DNA of 64,000 nucleotides from Octopus sinensis (lineage: Eukaryota): positions 434,001 to 498,000 of the forward strand of contig NW_021825821.1 of NCBI RefSeq assembly GCF_006345805.1, in the 5' to 3' direction. Each line of letters opens with the position of its first letter. Positions within the stretch are counted from its first letter, which is position 1. Positions 59,224 through 64,000 of the stretch are shown here, piece after piece. Position numbers and translations under genes: made by a program. Under the pieces are notes generated by a model that worked only from the letters and a program-made list of their open reading frames with translations, had not been told where the DNA came from and ran no database searches.

Positions 59224-61140
59224 ATGCAAGAAGCCAACGACAAAACTGATCATGAAAATGAAAATGCCGAAGATTCAGAGGAAGAATTAGGTGTGATTGA
59301 ATATAGTCCCTGCGGAAGATGGCAAAAACGAGCAGAAGAAATCCGTCAAAAAGAATTCTCAGGAATAGACGCAACATACTTGGCAATGGACCTAGAAGAA
59401 GGTGTGGAGGTCGTTTGGAACGAAATCGAGATTTCCATGGACAGAAACGTCCAACAAGTCAAAGTTCAGCCTTTGACTTACCCCAAAGGACGAGATCAAC
59501 TCAGTTTTACTAAATTTAGTCAACTTAACTCACCAATACATCATCAATTTTCACCACCATTGGTTTGACAGTGAACGACAGCCTCCAAGGGTTTTTGGAA
59601 TTTATAATTAATGTTTGGTTATTTTCATCACGGAATATATGAGTGCAGGATCCTTGATGTCTTTTTTAAGGAAGTCTCAAAAAACGATCAGATCTTCGCT
59701 TAGAGTATTGAATTGACATTTATTGATAGTCTTGGAAACGGTGGTGTGGTCAGATTTTGTGTGCTTTGATGTTTTTTTGGATTTTTGTAATTTTAGGTTT
59801 TTTCACCAAAACCAGCCAAATCCGATCATTCATGGAAATTTGTCTTGTGATGGAATCTTTATGCAGCACAACGGAGTTATCAAAATTTGTGCGGGTAAAT
59901 TTAGCTGTTAAAAAGCAGTCGCCCCCGATGCAATTTACCGTGGAGTCAAGACGAGTAGACTTCCAGTGGACAGGCTGCACTACATTGCCCCGGAATACGC
60001 CTCTGGTTGATTTAGCTAGATTTTTGACGCTTTAAGAGACGTCAGTTATAAGTACGGCGTCAGATATGTATTCCTTTGGGATGTGTGCTCTTCAGGTGGA
60101 TTTATTTGAGATATTTGTAGCTCTATGCGTCCATCTCTTGCCTGAGTGAAGACACGGGCCTCCTTTCTACCAAAGAGAAAAGGGACAAGCTCATAGAATC
60201 GATCGAAAATTATGGAATTAAGGTAATTTAAATAGTTTATTTGTAGGATATTATATCGAGGTGTTTGTCGGAGGATCCCTCATTGCGACCCACAGCGCGA
60301 GACCTTTTGCTTCACCCATTAATTATCGAGATTCCTCCTTTGAAGGTTATAGCTATCGACAGGTACAGCCGAGTTGCTGGTTGGCGTGTTCATTGAAGTA
60401 TTTCAGCAAATTCAATGACTTCCCCTACCACGCACTATAAATCTTTGAATTTGGATTCTGACCGTGTTTTTGCAGTTTTTAACTCCACAAGTTGGCTGTA
60501 TGTAATCATATATTTATGTTTTAGATATTCTCAGCTGAGTAAACCCACTTTCGGGGAACTTATTGACGCTGTCAGGTTTTGATGTTTTATAATTATTATC
60601 AGGAATGGAAAATATCATTTTTTGTGTTCAAATTTGTTTTCGAAACAATTTATTGACAAAGAGTCAATACTGACAGATCAAGGAGTTTCTAATTGTGGGG
60701 CGAATGCTACCACCGTTTCCTCGTTGGGGGGAATCACAGAGTCCGGTTTCTGCATGGGAGTCTCTGAAGGAGAACTAAGTTCTTTGCCAATAACTCAGGA
60801 GGAGACTCGGTTAGCCGTGTCCATAGATTGTTCAGTAAAGCCATCAGAAGACAATCCCGGGACACATTTGGTTGTTTTTTGCTAGTTATTTTGGTATAGT
60901 TGTCACTCCTTATAAAATTTGCTGACAAGACGAACAGACAATTGACTTGTGATATTGTTTCTGGCGACACTGCTTTAATTCTGACACAAGAATTGCTGGA
61001 ATATTATTTAATTAATAAAGTGAGTTTTGGGGCCTTATCTTACATAGGCTGATTCTGAGAAAGTGGAGAGTGCGGTTGATTGTTGCCTCCATCAGATTAC
61101 ATCACCGGATTCTTCTATTACTCTGCAAAATTTGGAATAA
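59224..61140 (+). CDS. NRBP1: Nuclear receptor-binding protein (NRBP/MADM pseudokinase), multi-exon
   Basis: EYSPCGRWQKR, GIDATYLAMDLEEGVEVVWNE, VIFITEYMSAGSL, WKRWCGQI, PIIHGNLSCD, HYIAPEY and C-terminal LLIKFADKTNRQLTCD. Stop TAA at 61138-61140. Confidence 0.93.
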
Positions 61141-61274
61141 TTTTTATATTATCTTTCCTAGCTCAATTAGTTTTTGACTTTTTGAATAGTTTTTTTGATT
61201 AGTGAAAACGAAGCGGTTTTATCGTTAATCTATTATGATAAAAATTATCATTCGCTGATATCATAAGTTTTTAA

Positions 61275-61506
61275 ATGGGTAATGTTCTTCCAAATTATCC
61301 GAAAAATCGTTGATATTTCGTTTATATTAAAAAATTAGGTAAAAAATTGCGAGATCAGAATGGAGTAAATCGAGGTTAGGTGTATTTCATCAACGAGATT
61401 AGTGATTCCCGTGCCCTTAAAAGAAGGCGAAGATCCTAATGAAAAAACCGAGTTACTGCCTCAGCTAGAAAAATACGAAAATGATTTAAATTTTACTCTT
61501 AGTTAA
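61275..61506 (+). CDS. Candidate 57-aa microprotein with an N-terminal MG (possible myristoylation), 3 exons
   Basis: GT-AG introns of 30 and 28 nt give MGNVLPNYPKN(R)KKLRDQNGVNR(V)IPVPLKEGEDPNEKTELLPQLEKYENDLNFTLS-stop. No family recognised. Confidence 0.4.
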
Positions 61507-61589
61507 CATCTTCGTAATTGATTAATAAAATACTATTGATTTTTTTGAATAGTTTTTTTGATAGTGAAAAACGAAGTTTAAATTTTTTA

Positions 61590-62990
61590 AATGCGAAATC
61601 TCCAACTTCGGGTGTTCGCAATCTACCTTCGAAGACGCTATTTGCTCATTCCGTGACCTTATCCCGGGAGTGCAATCTACTCCCATTAACGAACTTTCTA
61701 TCTTCAGAGCCCCGATGGCTGGCGATTCTATTGGTGTGGCCCTAAGCAAAAAGGAATTCTTTCTTGAGACAGTTTTCGAACGTATTAGACAGTTGGACCC
61801 ACACACGGCATTATTCCTTCGAAATTGCTTTTCAATCCAAAAGCTCACTTATTTGCTACGCTCTTCTCCGTGTTTTGCTTTTCCAGAGAGACTTTTCGCA
61901 ATTGACCACCTTATCCGTTCTTTTACTCAAAACTTATGCAATTCCCCTTTGACGATTAGGGTTGAAGACAGGCAACCCTCCCGTTAGCCTTTGGCGGTCT
62001 CGGCATCCGCTCATGTTCCGACTTAGCGTTCCCTGCTTTTCTCTCGTCTCTCTCCTCGAGTCACACGCTTGTATTGGAAATTCTACGCTCCTTTTCTGAA
62101 TTTTCCTTGGACACAAATGTGGCTCATTTCTACGAAGTCTGGAGGGAACAAGGTCTTGACTTTCCAGAAGATCGAATGTCTCAACGAACCTGAGATCGAA
62201 TATGATGTAAGCAAACTTTCAATCTGCTGCTCGAGTCGTCCAACCAACACCGCCGCGCTTGCCTTTTTTCGGCAGCATCCTCGGCTAGTGGAGCTCGGCT
62301 TTGTGCATTCCCGAACGCCTCATCTGGGACTCTCCTCTACGATGAATCGTTAAGGATCGGAATCTTTCTGCGCCTCGAGCTAAGGCAATGTGACCCGCAT
62401 GTGTGTCGTTGTGGTTGCACTGTTGACCCTTTCAGTCTGCATCCATTATCGTGCAAGAGGAGTGTCGAACGTTTTCCAAGGCACTCGGCTATGAATGACA
62501 ACATATGGAGGGCCCTCGACTCGGAGGGATTTCCTTCGGTCCTAGAACCACCGGTTCTTGTACCGCGTTGACGGGAAACGTCCTGACGGGATGACTCTTT
62601 TCCCTTTTGAGGGCGGAAAAGGTCTCGTATGGGACGCAACCTGTTGAGATACATTTTCTGCTTCACACCTAGCGTGGCTCTGGAAGCTAAATCTGCTGCT
62701 AAGAAGGCTGAAGATTTAAAGCTAACCAAATATTCTGCCCTTTCGGATGAGTTTTTCATGATGCCGATAGCGGTGGAGACGTCGGGTGCTTTTGGTCCAA
62801 AGACAGAAAAATTCCTCCGCAAGCTCGGGGCCAAAATCTCCATTTGCACTCACGATCCTCGGGCAGTGGACTGGCTTTTCCAGCGGTTCTCGATCGCCGT
62901 TATCAGGGGGAACAGTTTGGCAATCCGTCAGACCGCTGGACCTCCCATCGATTAATCTATTAACACTTCCCTTTATTTTATATTTTATTT
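61590..62990 (+). mobile_element. 5'-truncated CRE-clade retrotransposon, frameshifted
   Basis: LDPHTALFL-RNC, KLTYLLRSSPCF, CRCG...HPLSCKR, KRPD, WDAT, IAVETSGAFG, FQRFSIAVIRGN. Its 3' end matches the CRE fragments at 24030 and 38350. Confidence 0.9.
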
Positions 62991-63289
62991 CTAGACTTAG
63001 AAGACTAAATTTTAACTTAGTTTTTAGACAAAATTAGCTACAATGTGTTCCTCTTTTGTCAAAATTAAATTAAAGGAGGCTCGACTGCAATCTTTGTTTT
63101 CATCTGTAGACATCGTAATTTGCTTGACTTTTTATACGAATCGGAGCATATTTTCTGATCGAATAATATTCTATAGTACACAAAGGCAATTGAAATTAAG
63201 GTTGAAATAGTTGATGAATATTTTTTAGCAAAAATTTTTCATGATATTTGAAAAAGAGCTTCCGGCTGAAGAGTTCATATAGACTGTGA

Positions 63290-63680
63290 AGTACGCCCGC
63301 CGTGGGTTCGATTCCAAAGGACCAACTTTCCAGCTGGCGTCAAGTCTTTTCAACGTTCCCACTTATGAGGCGACGATTCCTTTTGGCACAACACAGTTGG
63401 AGAAAAAGAATCTCCTACCACCTGGATTACTCAATTTACTGTGGCGTTAGGCGGTCTACCAAAGATTTATCAATTCAAATTGATTTAAGAACGGTCAAAG
63501 GCCACCTAATGCCCGCCAAAAATCATTAGAATCTTTCATTCGGGGACATTCTCGTCCCAGGATAATACACTTTGTGTAGGATCAAACTGCTTGGAAAAAA
63601 TTCCTTGGCTCATAGAAGTGCTGCAAAGTGATTAGCAGTCGGTGCGGTCATACGTGAGTTCGTAAAAAGATTACGGAATC
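63290..63680 (-). mobile_element. CR1-like LINE 3' relic
   Basis: RHSKL...RRFFFSNCVV...LKRLDASW resembles the CR1/L2 ORF2 C-terminal pattern RGHxxKL...FFSxRVV...FKxxLD. Many stops. Confidence 0.45.
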
Positions 63681-64000
63681 AGGTCGCTTACTAAGTGTAT
63701 CGAGATTACGGGATTAATTTGTTTATCGTGGTCTTGATTAAATAAATAAAACAAGCTAAATTGTTCCAAACACTGTTTTCCTTATCTAAATATATTATTA
63801 AATAACTAGTAATGTCCCGATCTAGTCCTTTTCTAAATGTTATTAACGCGAGGCACTGAACTGCACCTCCTCGGAAATATACACAGCCCGAGAAAAGGAA
63901 CAAGAGAACCAAAGCGGTGTCAAGTATAGCGACTTGTTTACCCCAATAATTCAGTTAGATAATTAAGTAATTTGTTAATTAAAATGTAAAAATGATTTTT

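Noticed and set aside
63285-63325. tRNA-like B-box GGGTTCGATTCC
   Set aside because: The T-stem does not pair, there is no acceptor stem or A-box, and it abuts a CR1-like relic on the other strand.

Overview
AT-rich eukaryotic (animal) genomic DNA from a highly compacted genome. The GT-AG introns I could resolve are only about 22-39 nt, so the ORF track fragments every host gene. This resembles reduced parasites such as dicyemids, orthonectids or myxozoans; the species cannot be assigned from this window. Host genes recovered by manual splicing: RPL39, INPP5E-like 5-phosphatase with CaaX, coactosin-like, PPM1E/F-like PP2C, a CD20/MS4A-like four-TM protein, two copies of a DLG-like SH3-GuK module, a ~9 kb VWD/C8/TIL-LDLa-cystine-knot (SCO-spondin/mucin-like) gene, a SAM-domain protein, two copies of a double C-type lectin, FGFR1OP2/SIKE, calcineurin A, NRBP and a candidate 57-aa microprotein. 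Between the genes lie dense, often nested transposons: two Buster-type hATs, Tc1 elements, a Merlin, a Ginger-type integrase transposon, CRE and R4-like RLE retrotransposons (one full-length CRE carries an N-terminal PHD finger), and APE-type LINE relics (one with a 2A-like motif). The most unusual structure is a ~6.2 kb cassette (52.6-59.0 kb) bounded by ~232-bp direct repeats. It begins with a minisatellite built on telomeric CCCTAA hexamers and carries a complete duplicate lectin gene. No rRNA, tRNA or CRISPR array is supported. All domain and family assignments come from motif recognition by eye, not from database searches.
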